DNA of 64,000 nt, from NCBI GenBank assembly GCA_951406725.2, contig OX597818.1, positions 107,942,001 through 108,006,000 on the forward strand. Direction: 5' to 3'. Numbering within the stretch: position 1 is the first letter of the stretch; each line of letters starts with the position of its first letter. The translations under genes were made by a program, and so were the position numbers. A model generated the notes under the pieces. It did not search any database, had not been told where the DNA came from, and saw nothing but the letters and a program-made list of their open reading frames with translations. The DNA comes from Octopus vulgaris. Lineage: Eukaryota. Positions 36,790 to 49,139 of the stretch are shown one piece after another.

Positions 36790-38930
36790 CTTATGCACTT
36801 GAGACATTGTTTTACCCCTGCTGAGGAAAGATCTTCTCCTAATCTTTTCCTAATTCTTATGTTTGGAAGCCAGATCTCCAATTTTACTAAACTTCTATCC
36901 AATTCCCTCTTTCATCTTGTTCCCAAATATCTTGTATTTCTTCTGAAGTCTCTCAGAATCTAGTCTATAAGGTTTTTGTATTTTCCATCCACCAGATGCC
37001 TTTCATTTCCTGGTTAAATACAGCCTGACCACATTACAATAACTTTATGATCTTTGCAATGACATTTAGTTCTTTTCCTTCAGTCAATATCCAGATTTGG
37101 AGTAAAGATTGTTTGCCAACATAACATGGCAGTCCTGGTTTAGGATGAATGTTGCTGTAATTTAGCCCCAGTAGACATCATCTCTGGAAACAATGTCTCC
37201 TGGAGCTAAATCACAGCAACATTCATCCTAAACTAGGACTGCCATGTTATGTTGGCAAACAATCTTTACTCCAAAATACTGTTGCTGAATATCTCTCGTT
37301 GTGAGATTTAAAAATAGTAATTTTCTGATATCCATTTTGCTTTACATTTCCCCCATAGTATACCAAGCATATTACATTCAAGAGTGCATACACCTGCTTT
37401 TGTCAAGCATCAATGAAATTCTATATTTATGTGTTTATATAGTCCCAAGTTGGCAAAAGCAGCTACAGCAGTTTACCGTTTCAAGAGATGTCTTCAAATT
37501 TGATATCAGGAAACTTTGTCTCTTCGTTTGTTGAACATTATTTCCTTTTCTTTTTCAAATTTCCATGTTAACTCAAGTCTTTATAATAATAAATAAATGC
37601 AGCATCATTAGAAATAGAGAAGTAGTTAGCAAGGTGAAAGGTAGTGATTATAGAATGGTAAGAAGCAAGGTCCAAACTGACTTGTAAAAGCAAAAGACAG
37701 AAACTATTCCACTCCAAAAAAAAGAAAAAAAAAGTCAATCAAGATTGCCAACAGCAAAATTGATCTTTACCAAACTAACCTTAATAATGCCAGAAATTCA
37801 GTGAAATTTAAAATTTAAGATGGTTAAAGTTTATGTTGATTGGAACATCATTTAGAGTGTCTTTGGCCATGTTCACCATATTCCTAACCATAACTTCTGT
37901 TAATTCTCTTCTGGCCTTCTTTTACAATGAAGTCTTTCAGAATAAATACCAAATTTTTTTCTTGCAAGAATATAGAAAAAATTGGTGTGTGAGAGGTGTC
38001 AATGTTCGCAATAATGTAAAAAATATTTAGATAAAAATAAAAAAGGCAAAAAAAACTGAAAGAAACAAGTATGATTGCATCAATAAGATCAGAGAAATTA
38101 TTGAATAAGCACTGTTGTGAGAGAGTACAAAGAAAGGCTGAAGACTGGAAAATATTGGTGAGTAACAATGTAGCAATCACGTAAATTGCCTTTCTGTGAA
38201 TTGCATCTAATATATCAGTCTCTGAAGGAAATCAAAACAGAAAATAAGGGTCATTAGTTTGCTGTAAGAAGTGGAAAATATCAAATGTTTTGATATCAAA
38301 GAATAAAGATCTCTCGCCAAAATATTTGATATTTTCTTCTACTTAAAGTAAAGTAACATAGCTTAATTTTTGCTTTTACATTATTGACATTTTGTGACAC
38401 AGACCATCTCTAGTCATTTTAATTATAGTGATTATTTATGAAGGAAGTACTCTGTCTTGGTAGCAACAACAATATCAAATGCAAGACACAAGCTTCTAAA
38501 TATAATTGAGGAGACTTACAACAAATTTTCAAAATAGTCTTTTACGATGGGAAGGTTACAACCACTTCTAAATTTCACTTCTTGAAACCAATTATCACTT
38601 TTATCATTGTTGTAGCTGGGATTATTTTCATTTCTCCTGTTATTGTTACTTCTAAGAAAGAAATCCATCAATAACACTTTCTTTAGCAGGTAATTCCACT
38701 TTCTTCTTGTAGACACTCTCAAGATTATCCACCATCTTTCCAACAACAACCTCAGCCACTTTTTTGAGTTCCTTATGGCTAACACCCATGGACATACTTA
38801 CAAAACTAGAAAACAATACAGCACCCATGACTTTCAAAAATGCTTTTTCAGGATCACAATTGCTGAAGTATAGAATAAACCTCCCATATCAGTCATTAGA
38901 TATTGAGACACTACATTCTTCAATGTTTCC
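36790..38930 (-). mobile_element. Possible very decayed L1/Tx1-like LINE remnant
   Basis: A-rich minus strand with KGIWW-like and ALLEC...LWG-like segments resembling a Tx1/L1 ORF2 C-terminus. Weak. Confidence 0.3.
37096..37328. repeat. Foldback repeat family copy 2 (180-bp near-perfect palindrome 37096-37275 plus a one-sided extension)
   Basis: TTTGGAGTAAAGATTGTTTGCCAACATAACATGGCAGTCCT ... AGGACTGCCATGTTATGTTGGCAAACAATCTTTACTCCAAA. Confidence 0.9.
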
Positions 38931-39019
38931 ATGCCTCCTGAAATTTGCCAACAGGACGCCTGGTGTCCACCCCGACCCACTATTTTTAAAGGACTCATTT
39001 ACTGTTCACTTCTTGTACA

Positions 39020-39200
39020 TTATTCTATGTCCTGTTGTCTGTCTTTACGTTCTGAGTTCAAATTCTGCCAAGGTTGACTTTGTCTTTCATCCTTTTGGGG
39101 GGTCGATAAATTAAGTACAAGTTATGTACTGGGGTCGATTTATCGACTGGCCCCTTCCCCCTAAATTTCAGGCCTTGTACCTAGACTTGAAAAGATTATT
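39020..39200 (+). mobile_element. SINE family C
   Basis: TTACGTTCTGAGTTCAAATTCTGCCAAGGTTGACTTTG...GGGGTCGATAAATTAAGTAC. Confidence 0.8.
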
Positions 39201-39559
39201 CTGTGTCCTGTTCGTGCACCTTTGACTACTTTTTTCTGATGAGTTGTTGTGCACCTGACCACTGCATGCAATAAGTTCATTTACACATTTCATACCAAAA
39301 GAAGAATTGCTATTAACGAGGTTTCCATCCTTTTTGTTTTCTTCTTCATCACATCTGGTCACATGATTATATAAATTCCAGTTACTGAATTTCTAATTCC
39401 TATAGTTGCTCTCAGATTGAGTTGTTGAGTTGTCATCATCATCATCATCATTACCATCATTTAACATCCATTGTTCATGCTGGCATGAGTGAGTCCTCAT
39501 CATCATCGCCATTGTCATCGTTTAACGTCCGTTTTCCATGCTGTAACCTACACCAGTGT

Positions 39560-39999
39560 TGCATAACCAGCCCACTCAAAAGTACCTTGGATTGTAGGGT
39601 GACATGCCATGCTTGAGAAGACCTATTGAGTGAAGTACATCAAAATCAAATAAAATCACAATCAAATGGAAATTGTAGTTGCGATCCTTGTGTCAGTGGC
39701 ATGTAAAAAGCACCATCCGAATGTGGCCAATGCCAGCACTGCTTTGACTGGCATCGTAAAAAGCACCATCCAGTTATGGTCAATGCCAGCCCCCTGTCCT
39801 GTGCCAATGGCATGTAAAAAAAAGCACCCACTAAACTCTTGGAGTGGTTGGTGTTAGGTAGGGCATCCAGCTGTAGAAACACTGCCAGATCAGATTGGGG
39901 CTTGGTGCAGCCGTCTGGCTTCCCAGACCCCAATTAAACCGTCCAACTCATGCCAGCATGGAAAACGGACGTTAAACGATGATGATGATGATGATGATG
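39560..39999 (+). mobile_element. RTE 3' UTR / SINE family B, long form
   Basis: GCTTGAGAAGACC (the RTE 3' end seen at 35220), repeated GGCATGTAAAAAGCACC units, the core, and a (GAT)n tail. Confidence 0.8.
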
Positions 40000-40610
40000 T
40001 ATATCATGAATACAAGGATAGAAAGATATGAATAAATGGCTTGACTCCAGTATTTCACTGGTATTTATTCACCAACCCCTGACTAAGCTTGGGGTTGAGA
40101 TCAACCAGGGTGAGATTTGAACCTTGGATGTAAAAAATATTTCTAAATACTACAAGACATCCACCTGATGTTCCACCATTTCTGTCAATTCAGCAAACTT
40201 TGGCTAAATGTAATATTGATTGCTAACAGAACAACAAAGCCTTAAATCTGGGGAAACAAGAATTTGATTACATCAACCCATTTACCTGATTGTAATTTAT
40301 TTCATTTACCTTTGAAGGAGGACGAAAAAAATCAACCCTAGCAAGATTTGAAATCAGAGCATAAAGACTCATTACTAAAACCTACAATTTCAGACAATTC
40401 ACCAAAATGTTCCTCACCAGCTCAAAAGCACTGAGTAGTTCCAATCGTGACATTCCTACATGCAAATTCTTTAAAGAATTCACGTCCAGCAAGTTATATA
40501 CAATGCACTAAATGAATATTTTCAGTAATAAATTCTTTCGTTACCTAATCCCATGTCAAATCTTATCAAAGAAATCAAAAGTTTTCCAGCCATGACCATC
40601 CTATCTTACA

Positions 40611-40949
40611 AGGTGGTTTGCAACCATTTTTTAAAAATCTATGGACCCCTTTGTTTATTATTTCATTCTGTGGAACCCCCATAGCCATTCAATATTTAAA
40701 ACTAGTTTTATAGAAACTTCTTTCAAAATTTCTATTTTGTTCACCCACATTCCCTTGTGTAGGCTGAACAATGTCAGATATCAGAAAAAGAAACTGTGCC
40801 ATTTCTTGCAATAAATACATCGAAAGCAAAATTATTTCACGGACCCATAAAATACTTCTGTTGATCCAATTTACTATTTTGTCTTTGTGGACCCCCAAGA
40901 ATCATATATGGATGCCAAGGAGTCAAATGGACCCAGTTGAGAACCACTA
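40611..40949. mobile_element. hAT-type MITE, diverged
   Basis: Imperfect TIRs GTGGTTTGCAAC / GTTGAGAACCAC, subterminal GGACCC repeats, right flank ATCTAGAA. Confidence 0.65.
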
Positions 40950-43900
40950 ATCTAGAATTTTCTTGGTCACTTTTATCTCAGAAATTCTTCCCATTCCTAA
41001 AATAAAAAAAAGTGTGGTTTGGGGTGCAATCAATATCTGATCTGCTATTTCTAGCAGGTTGACAACATCTGAAGGGTTCCTCATTGGCTCACGGAAAACC
41101 ATACTGTCTTTTTAGCTTTCTGCTTCCATGGGATGTGACTTATTCTCTATGGCTCAGTGGCTCAGCAGCTCAGAAAGAGGTGTGCAGAGCAAGGCGTACT
41201 GAAAGCATGTTATGTTCAAAAAGGAAGGAAACCAATTTGGGTACAACATAGGGTATCCAACATACATGCAGTGATGCTGCATCAGCTGGAACCAAAAACA
41301 TTTCTTAAGTGTCTTCATAGTTTTGCTCTATCTTTAAAACATGGTCTTTTAGGCAAGAGCCAATGTAATCAGCGTGCAAGAACACAGAGGCAAGAATTTG
41401 TTGTATTTTGATATCTTTCTTGTTGCGGTTGCTTTCTGTTTTTGATACAGTATCAATGTTATTGATGCCATCAGAACTAATTCTGTAGATGCTGGAGCTG
41501 CTGCTGCTGTTTGCTTCAACAGATTCTCATTGACATGTGTGATGGTAGGCTCAGTAGTTTAGTGTCAACAGACATTTGCATTAAAACCGTTTCTAATCGT
41601 TTCCTACAAAACACCGATGTTTTATTGACAGCTTTAATTACTCTGTGATGTTGTTACTTAACATTGGTTAAATCTAATTAATTACACTGCACTATCAGGA
41701 CACTGAAGTATTCTTAAAGACCATTGCAAAATTTTGCTTGTCTTTTTTATAAAATTTTTATCTTAATTACTTTTTCAACCAATTTCATTAATTACCTTTA
41801 TCCTGTTAAGTATTGGATTCCTACAAATAGATTTATTTTATTTGAGAAATCTGTTTATAATTGACATTGATCTTATGACTTATTGGTGTATTCAAATTGG
41901 TTGTTATTCAGTAAGTGATCCTAGTTAGAATGATTGCCTTTATTTTTTCACCTTTCTTAAATGTAAGTATATGAAAAGAAGAAAAGAAAGTGCAGCTAAT
42001 TACAATGATAATTTACCGTTTACTTTTGTTAGGAAGGTTGAAGTTTCTACAGCATATTATCGCTACTTATTTGCTTTTCACTTCAATCAAATGAATAACA
42101 AAATTAAGCTTGGAAAAATTATATGTAAAAAATGACACTGGTTGGAATTGAAATAGAAAAGGGAGATGATGCTAGAATTTCTGTATCAATTAATCCGACA
42201 TTTCTTTATAAGCTAAGAAACTATTCAAAATATATAACTTCGGCTATTATTCCTGAATGATAGAATGCACACATACACACACAAATACATGCACACACAT
42301 GCATACATGCTCACACACATACACATACATTCATACAAAGACACACAGATATAAAGACTTACACACATGTGTGTACATATATGTATGCATATGTGTGTTC
42401 CTTTGTTCTCTAATTCCTATTATCTGCAAAAATTTTCTGCAATGTAAGTGGTGGGGGTGTTTGTTATTCATTGTAAACTATAAGAAATAATGACAATTCT
42501 AAGATGTTTAAGGAAGAATCTCCACACATGCATACACGGTGCCATATCCAATATTCAAATTTACAAAACCTTTCCAACTCATGAAGCTAACATGATAAAT
42601 AATAGTAAAACGGTTTTATCAAAATTCTATTCTAATAAATGTATATTTAAAAACAAAATGATATTTACACAATAGGAACTTTGAACAGGACCATAAATAT
42701 AACAGTGTGTATCTTAGACATTGGAATTTTGAGCCTGTAATAATATATACTGGCTTATAGTGTTTTGCCGGAACTGTTAAAGTAAATTTGTTAGCATTGC
42801 AACATTGCCATTTGTTATCTTGAATATACAATTAGAAACTCGGAGAAGAAACAATTCCATAGAAACTGTTTCAGAAAATATCCTAGAGACAAACTGCCAG
42901 TAAGAATCCTCAAGATTAAACTGCTGCTAATATTAAGAATAGCAAACCTCAATTGTAGTTCACAGTTTGCTGCTGTTTATAGTTGTTTTCTTTTTCTTTT
43001 CCACTTGTTTTTTTTTTTTGTTTGCATATAAATTTAACTTAACACTTTAACATTGAAGCGTTCATTATGCTAATGGTGTTAGATGTGTTGACGTGTTGCT
43101 ATAAAAAAAAACAATCGAATGATGAAACTGAGAATCCAATGTGAACTCATGTGTGATTCAGCAGGGTTTCCTGTCAACAAGGCTAATTTGAACAAATAGC
43201 ACTGTCTATATTAACACACATAGATCTGGAGAATTTGAATGCTGAAATCAAATTCTCAAAAGAGAAAAACAGAAAAGAAGAACAAAAATGATAATTCTGA
43301 TTCTTCTCTGGCATTTCCTTTAAATAGCAAAAATACATTCACTTAAATTAACGTCAGTGCATGAGCTGAAATTGAACCTCGCATCCTCACAGCTAATAAT
43401 AATGTCTTCACATAAGAAATATGTTAGAAGTGTAAACTTCTCGGAAACTAATTGGAAAATACTTTCTCTGTAATAAGCCAGATTCCTGTCATAAATATAA
43501 ATGACTGTTTTAAGAGTGTATAAAACTCAATTAAATCCATTTCCAAGACACAAGCTGGATAATAATTTCAAGTAAAGTGGCTAACACTGAGCATTTCATA
43601 GTGATTTACGTTATGAAGATATTACAAAGTGCCATCAGCTTTATTGTTAAGCTTAAATGAAATTTATATACAACAAAGTTTTCTAATTAGGAAGTTGTTA
43701 CCATTCCCAGTTAATGTATCAGAGCTGTTTGAAATTAACATACTGAACAAATTTCTGTTTTTCTTTTCGGTTCCTCTAGAGTTTTCTGTAATCATTTTTC
43801 CTTTCCATTCCTATTTATTTATTTATTTGTTGTGTTCTTTGTGCTCATTAATATATGAATTTATCGCTGGAATGAGATATGAAAGAATGCTTTCAAATAG

Positions 43901-44049
43901 ATTTACAAAGAACAGAGTCTGTTGAATAAAGTTACTAATTGCAATAAAATCTTTTTGCTAAAATTATTGGTGTACAAGTTTCACGGTTCAAGTGTGAGTT
44001 GAGTTGAGTTAGGAAGTGATGAGGAATGAAAGGAAGTGGTTAATGCATG

Positions 44050-44302
44050 GAGAAGAGGAGAAGACAGAGAGAGAGAGAGAGAGAGAAAGAGAGATAGAAG
44101 GAGGAGAAGACACAGAGAGAGAGACAGAAGGAGAGAAGATAGAGAGAGAGAGAGAAGGGGAGAAGATAGAGAGGTAGGTATGTGGGTAGGTAGGTAGATA
44201 GAGAGAGAGAGAGACAGTGAGAGAGAGAGAGAGAGAGAGAGGAGGAGAAGATAGAGAGAGAGACAGAAGGGGAGAAGATAGAGAGGTAGGTATGTAGGTA
44301 GG

Positions 44303-44335
<33 letters not shown>

Positions 44336-45525
44336 AAAGAGAGATAGAAGGAGGAAAAGACAGAGAGAGAGAGAGAGAGACATAAGGAGAGAAGATAGAG
44401 AGAGAGAGAAGGGGAGAAGATAGAGAGGTAGGTATGTAGGTAGGTAGGTAGATATATAGATAGATAGACAGATAGAGAGAGAGAGAGAAGGAAGAGAAGA
44501 CAGAGAGAGAGAGACAGAAGGGGAGAAGATAGAGATGTAGGTATGTAGGTAGGTAGATAGATACATAGATAGATAGATAGAGAGAGAGAGACAGACAGAC
44601 AAACAGAAAGGGGAGAAGATAGAGAGGCAGGTAGATAGATAGACAGATAGAGAGAGAGAGAGGGAGAGAAAGAGATAGAGAGACAGAAGGGGGAGAAGAT
44701 AGAGAGGTAGGTAGATAGATAGACAGATAGAGAGAGAAAGAGAATGGTATTGAGGTGACAGAAGAAAAGACAAAAGAGTAAAAAGAGAGAGAGGGGAGAT
44801 TGATAGAGAGAAAGAGAAAGAGAGACAGAGGATGGGAGAAGATAGAGGGTAGGTAGATAGAGGGACAGATAGATAGAGAAAGAGAGAGTGTGAGAGAGAG
44901 AATGGGATTGGGTTGACAGATGGAAGAAAAAACAGGAGTAAATAGAGAGAGAGGGGGGAAGATAGATAGATGAATAGAGAGAGGAAGAGGAAGGGAGAGA
45001 GAGAGGAAGAGTAAGAGAGAGAGAGAGAGAGGAAGAGAAAGAGAAAGAGAAAAGGGAGAAAGAGAGAGATTGAGAAGAGAAGGGGAGAAGATAGATAGAG
45101 AGAGAAAGAGAAAGTGTGAGAGAGAGAGAAACATATACAGAGAACAAAGGTGGAAGACACAGGGAGAGAGAGAGAGAGAGAGAGAAAGGGGGAAAGAGAA
45201 AAAGAGAGAGAGAAAGAGAAATTGACAGATAGAAAGAAAATGAGACAGGGAGAGGAAGATAGAAAGACAGATATATAGAGATGAAAATAGAGAGAGTGAG
45301 AGAGATAAAGAGAATGGAACTGAGTTGACAAACAGAAAAGATGAAAGAGTAAATAGAGAGAGAGACAGAGAGAGACAGAGAGAGAGAGAGGGACAGAGAG
45401 AGACAGACAGGGAGAGAGAGACAAAGTGAAAGAGACAGGCAGAGACAGACAGAGAGACGGAGACAGAGAGAGAGAGACAGAGAGAGAGACAGAGAGAGAC
45501 AGAGAGAGAGAGACAGACAGACAGG
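44050..45525 (+). repeat. Approx. 1.5-kb polypurine compound minisatellite (GA/GATA/GGTA/GACA)
   Basis: Recurrent unit GAGACAGAAGGGGAGAAGATAGAGAGGTAGGTATGTAGGTAGGTAGATAGATAG; source of the 388-525 aa SL-rich pseudo-ORFs. Confidence 0.95.
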
Positions 45526-45748
45526 TTATTCAAAGTAAATAAGTTATTCCATCCACTGACATAACCGTGTGGTAAGAAATCAACTTGCAAATGACTTGAA
45601 TGAGAGTTCACTCCCACAGCAGGGTATCAAAAGGATGCGTCATCTACAGCAGCCACAGATTTATTAATACCTTGGATGTGGAATTTAGTTGGCAGTAACT
45701 ATGAGCAGACACCCATTATATCAATATATACACATACACATACAGATT

Positions 45749-45958
<210 letters not shown>

Positions 45959-46211
45959 GGCAGCTGTTTGCAATATTATCCCATAAGGAAAATTACAGTC
46001 ATCAAGTAAACTTGTCTAAGGATGTAAATAATACCTACATTGCTAGAAATAGGCACTAAAGTGCTCCAATGTTGTTACAAAGCACATAACATATACTCTG
46101 ATAGGGGTTGCAATGGCCCCGAACACCGAACCCTTAGACTGAACATAACAGTGTAGGTGTTATTTGCACTCTTAGTCAAGTTTAGGTGACTACGACTATA
46201 ATTATATATAT

Positions 46212-46246
<35 letters not shown>

Positions 46247-46427
46247 CATGTGTGTATAAACATATATATATATTCAGAATTTAGGTTAGCTAAAATATGT
46301 TTGTCACATATTTCAACTGCAAAAGGCAAATACACTGCAGTTACCATGGAGAAAAATTCTCTCTTATGATAAAAAGGTGTGAAAACACGCAGTTCGTTCA
46401 GTGTCGCCATCTGTTAGGAATCCTAGA

Positions 46428-46645
46428 CATCGATGTTTCAAGTTTCTGTCTTTTGTCAATGAGATGTACCTAAGAGAGAGAACTCTGAATGAACTTATTT
46501 GCTCCGATCAGATGACCTACTAACACAAATATGTCAACATATTGACTGAGTTATATATAAAGTTACAGCTTTATTAAGTTCATTCAGAGTTGTCTCTCTT
46601 AGGAACATCTCATTGACAAGAGTCAAAAAACTCAAAACATCAATG
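46428..46645. mobile_element. Small foldback / MITE-like element (arms approx. 70 bp)
   Basis: TTGTCAATGAGATGTACCTAAGAGAGAGAACTCTGAATGAACTTA vs TAAGTTCATTCAGAGTTGTCTCTCTTAGGAACATCTCATTGACAA. Confidence 0.8.
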
Positions 46646-46659
46646 CATTTGTATATATA

Positions 46660-46710
<51 letters not shown>

Positions 46711-46961
46711 GTGTGAAAAGTTGGATATTAATTTAATAATACCATCAATTTAACACCAAGTGGCTTAGCGCATAAAAACCCAAGGATACAATAAAAATTT
46801 ATATACACATATATAAGAGAGTGACCACTATATGGTCGACTCTAGCGCTAAAAATAGATCCGCTATGGTATTAGCCACTAAAAAATTGTTTCCAAGGAAA
46901 GTCAGCTCAACATTTAACATAAATGGGCAGGGCATATGAAAAATAACAAAAAATATAGATT

Positions 46962-47037
46962 AACTCTAGACAATTGTTTCGCTATTAATGTATATGCAAT
47001 TTTACTTACACAACATCCATAGGTCATCAGCAGAATT
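46962..47037 (-). ncRNA. Type I hammerhead ribozyme motif
   Basis: Minus strand: aattctg CTGATGA cctat...atagc GAAA caatt GTC tagagtt. Confidence 0.75.
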
Positions 47038-47513
47038 TGTCTAGAATACAATTTATTAAACCGCACACTGAATTTTAACACAACGTCAAACACACGTGTG
47101 GTTCAATCGATTATATTCGAAGTTATGATTCAAACTCCCTCGCTTAAAGCGCGCTAAAGACTTCCGGAAACAAATACTGCATAAAAGATTTACTGCAGTA
47201 TAATTAAAATCAAAAAATAAGGGTGAAAAGTTGGATATTAATTTAATAATACCATCAATTTAACACCAAGTGACTTAGCGCATAAAAACCAGGGATACAA
47301 TAAAAATTTATATTCACATATATAAGAGAGTGACCACTATATGGTCGAATCTAGTGCTAAAAGTAGATCCGCTATGGTATTTGTTTCTGGAAGTCTTTAG
47401 CGTGCTTTTAGCGAGGGAGTTTGAATCATAACTTCAAATATAATCGATTAAACCACACGTGTGTTTGACGTGTTAAAATTCAGCGTGCGGTTTGATAAAT
47501 TGTATTCTAGACA

Positions 47514-47589
47514 AATTCTGCTGATGACCTATGGATGTTGTGTAAGTAAAATTGCATATACATTAATAGTGAAACAATTGTCCAGAGTT
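47514..47589 (+). ncRNA. Type I hammerhead ribozyme motif
   Basis: Stem I aattctg/cagagtt (7 bp, 1 GU); CTGATGA 47521-47527; long stem II (ctat/atag, gatgt/acatt, tgtgtaa/ttgcata); GAAA 47571-47574; palindromic stem III ACAATTGT; GUC 47580-47582. Confidence 0.8.
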
Positions 47590-47749
47590 AATCTATATAT
47601 TTTGTTATTTTTCATATGCCCTGCCCATTTATGTTAAATGTTGAGCTGACTTTCCTTGGAAACAATTTTTTAGTGGCTAATACCATAGCAGATCTATTTT
47701 TAGCGCTAGAGTCGACCATATAGTGGTCACTCTCTTATATATGTGTGTA

Positions 47750-47789
<40 letters not shown>

Positions 47790-47834
47790 TATGTATATAT
47801 ATGCATATATATATATATTTCCATATAAATACAT

Positions 47835-47890
<56 letters not shown>

Positions 47891-47945
47891 GCTTGGAAAT
47901 GGATGTGTGGTGATCGATCATATAATAATATAGATAATATATATA

Positions 47946-48091
47946 TAGGTATGTACATATATGTATGTATGTATATCTGCATATATTATCATCACCTTCA
48001 TCATCATCATCGTTTAATGTCCGCTGCTGATGATGATGATGATGATGATAATATATGCAGATATACATACATACATATATGTACATACCTA
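47946..48091. repeat. Local foldback duplication
   Basis: TAGGTATGTACATATATGTATGTATGTATATCTGCATATATTATCATCA and its exact reverse complement surround a truncated family B SINE tail. Confidence 0.85.
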
Positions 48092-48456
48092 CATATATAT
48101 ATATATATATATATACATGCAGATATGGGTACAGGACATCAAACAAATGTGAACAGAAAGAGAAATGAGAACATAAAAAAACATATGAAGCAAACTTTTT
48201 TTTGAACAACGAAAGAAACAAATAGAGAAACGAGACAGACAACATAAAGACTATTCCCTTCATCAGTTGTCCCCTGTTTTATCTACTCTGGTAGATAAAG
48301 GTAGGGGCAAGACATGGCTTCATTAAAATAGTCCTTCTCACAAAGCAAATTAAATAAAATCAGGGATTTTTTGTGGAGGGTTAAAGTGGTAACAAAAACA
48401 GGACAGTAAGAACAAACAGTGAGGGCTGTTAAGCCAAGACGATGTGAAGTGGTGAA

Positions 48457-49040
48457 GGGTGCGATGGGTAAATTGTCACCATTTCATATTTTGAATTTTA
48501 CACATGCACAATGTTTGTTTTTGATTTTGTCAACTACACAGTACGCTAGTGAGATAAACAGCATCATGATGCAATTAATTCTGCCAGATATTTGGAAACA
48601 ACATACAGTACTGTTTGTCATTCATGCCAGAAGCTCCAATAGAAACAGATAGGGAACAGTCTGAACAACCGTTGGCTTGCTGTGTCCCCAAAACATGTGA
48701 TAAAAATCAAACATTCAATCAACATCATGGTGTTTGGAGCGATCACTAATGATGGCAATGTTATGCCTTCATTCATCTTTCCACATGGCCTCAGACTCAA
48801 CATCATGTACCTTGTGGAGGTAGTGCTGTCTTGGATCAAGAGGGTAGTTGCAGGGAGACCCTGTGTCTGGCAACAGGACTCTGCATCATGCCACACAAGC
48901 AGGAGAACCCAGTCATGGCTGTCAGACAATTTCTGTGATCACATCACCCCTAAAATGTGACTAACTAACCCCCCCAGACTGCAACCCACCTTGATTATTA
49001 TGTGTGGGGCACAGTTGAGCAAGAGACCAACTGTACCTCA
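48457..49040 (+). mobile_element. Internally deleted DD37D (maT-type) transposon relic, retaining the 5' end
   Basis: MMQLILPDIWKQHTVLFVI; IMVFGAITNDGNVMPSFIFPHGLRLN; WQQDSASCHTSRRTQSWLSDNFCDHITPKM*...PDCNP.DYYVWG, with 37 residues between the second and third catalytic D in the reconstructed frame. Confidence 0.88.
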
Positions 49041-49139
49041 CATAATTATTTCCTTTTTGGAAATAATACACTGTCACTAAAAGGGACCAAGGTTGCAGTA
49101 GCACCGGCATTGCTAGAAATAGGAGTAAAATATTTTTCT

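Larger units (their letters stand above)
46705..47754. mobile_element. Hammerhead-bearing non-autonomous element: 510-bp monomer + partial tandem copy + inverted copy (Penelope-like pLTR or retrozyme architecture)
   Basis: Direct repeat 46705-46872 / 47215-47381; inverted repeat 46797-47177 / 47377-47754; (TA)n on both flanks; no ORF. Confidence 0.85.

Noticed and set aside
41117-41411. Possible host exon after a TTTTTAG acceptor
   Set aside because: No recognisable protein motif or supporting neighbouring exons; cannot be supported without RNA-seq.
43981-45617. ORFs of 388, 471 and 525 aa
   Set aside because: Open in all three minus frames only because the polypyrimidine strand lacks stop codons; low-complexity SL/YL translation.
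46093-46180. CTGATAGGGG...CCCCGAACACC hammerhead-like motif
   Set aside because: Needs two core indels and no convincing stem I; only worth revisiting with a family consensus.
48240-48330. Minus-strand CTGATGAAGGG next to a hairpin (TTTATCTAC/GTAGATAAA)
   Set aside because: No downstream GAAA-stem III-UH found.
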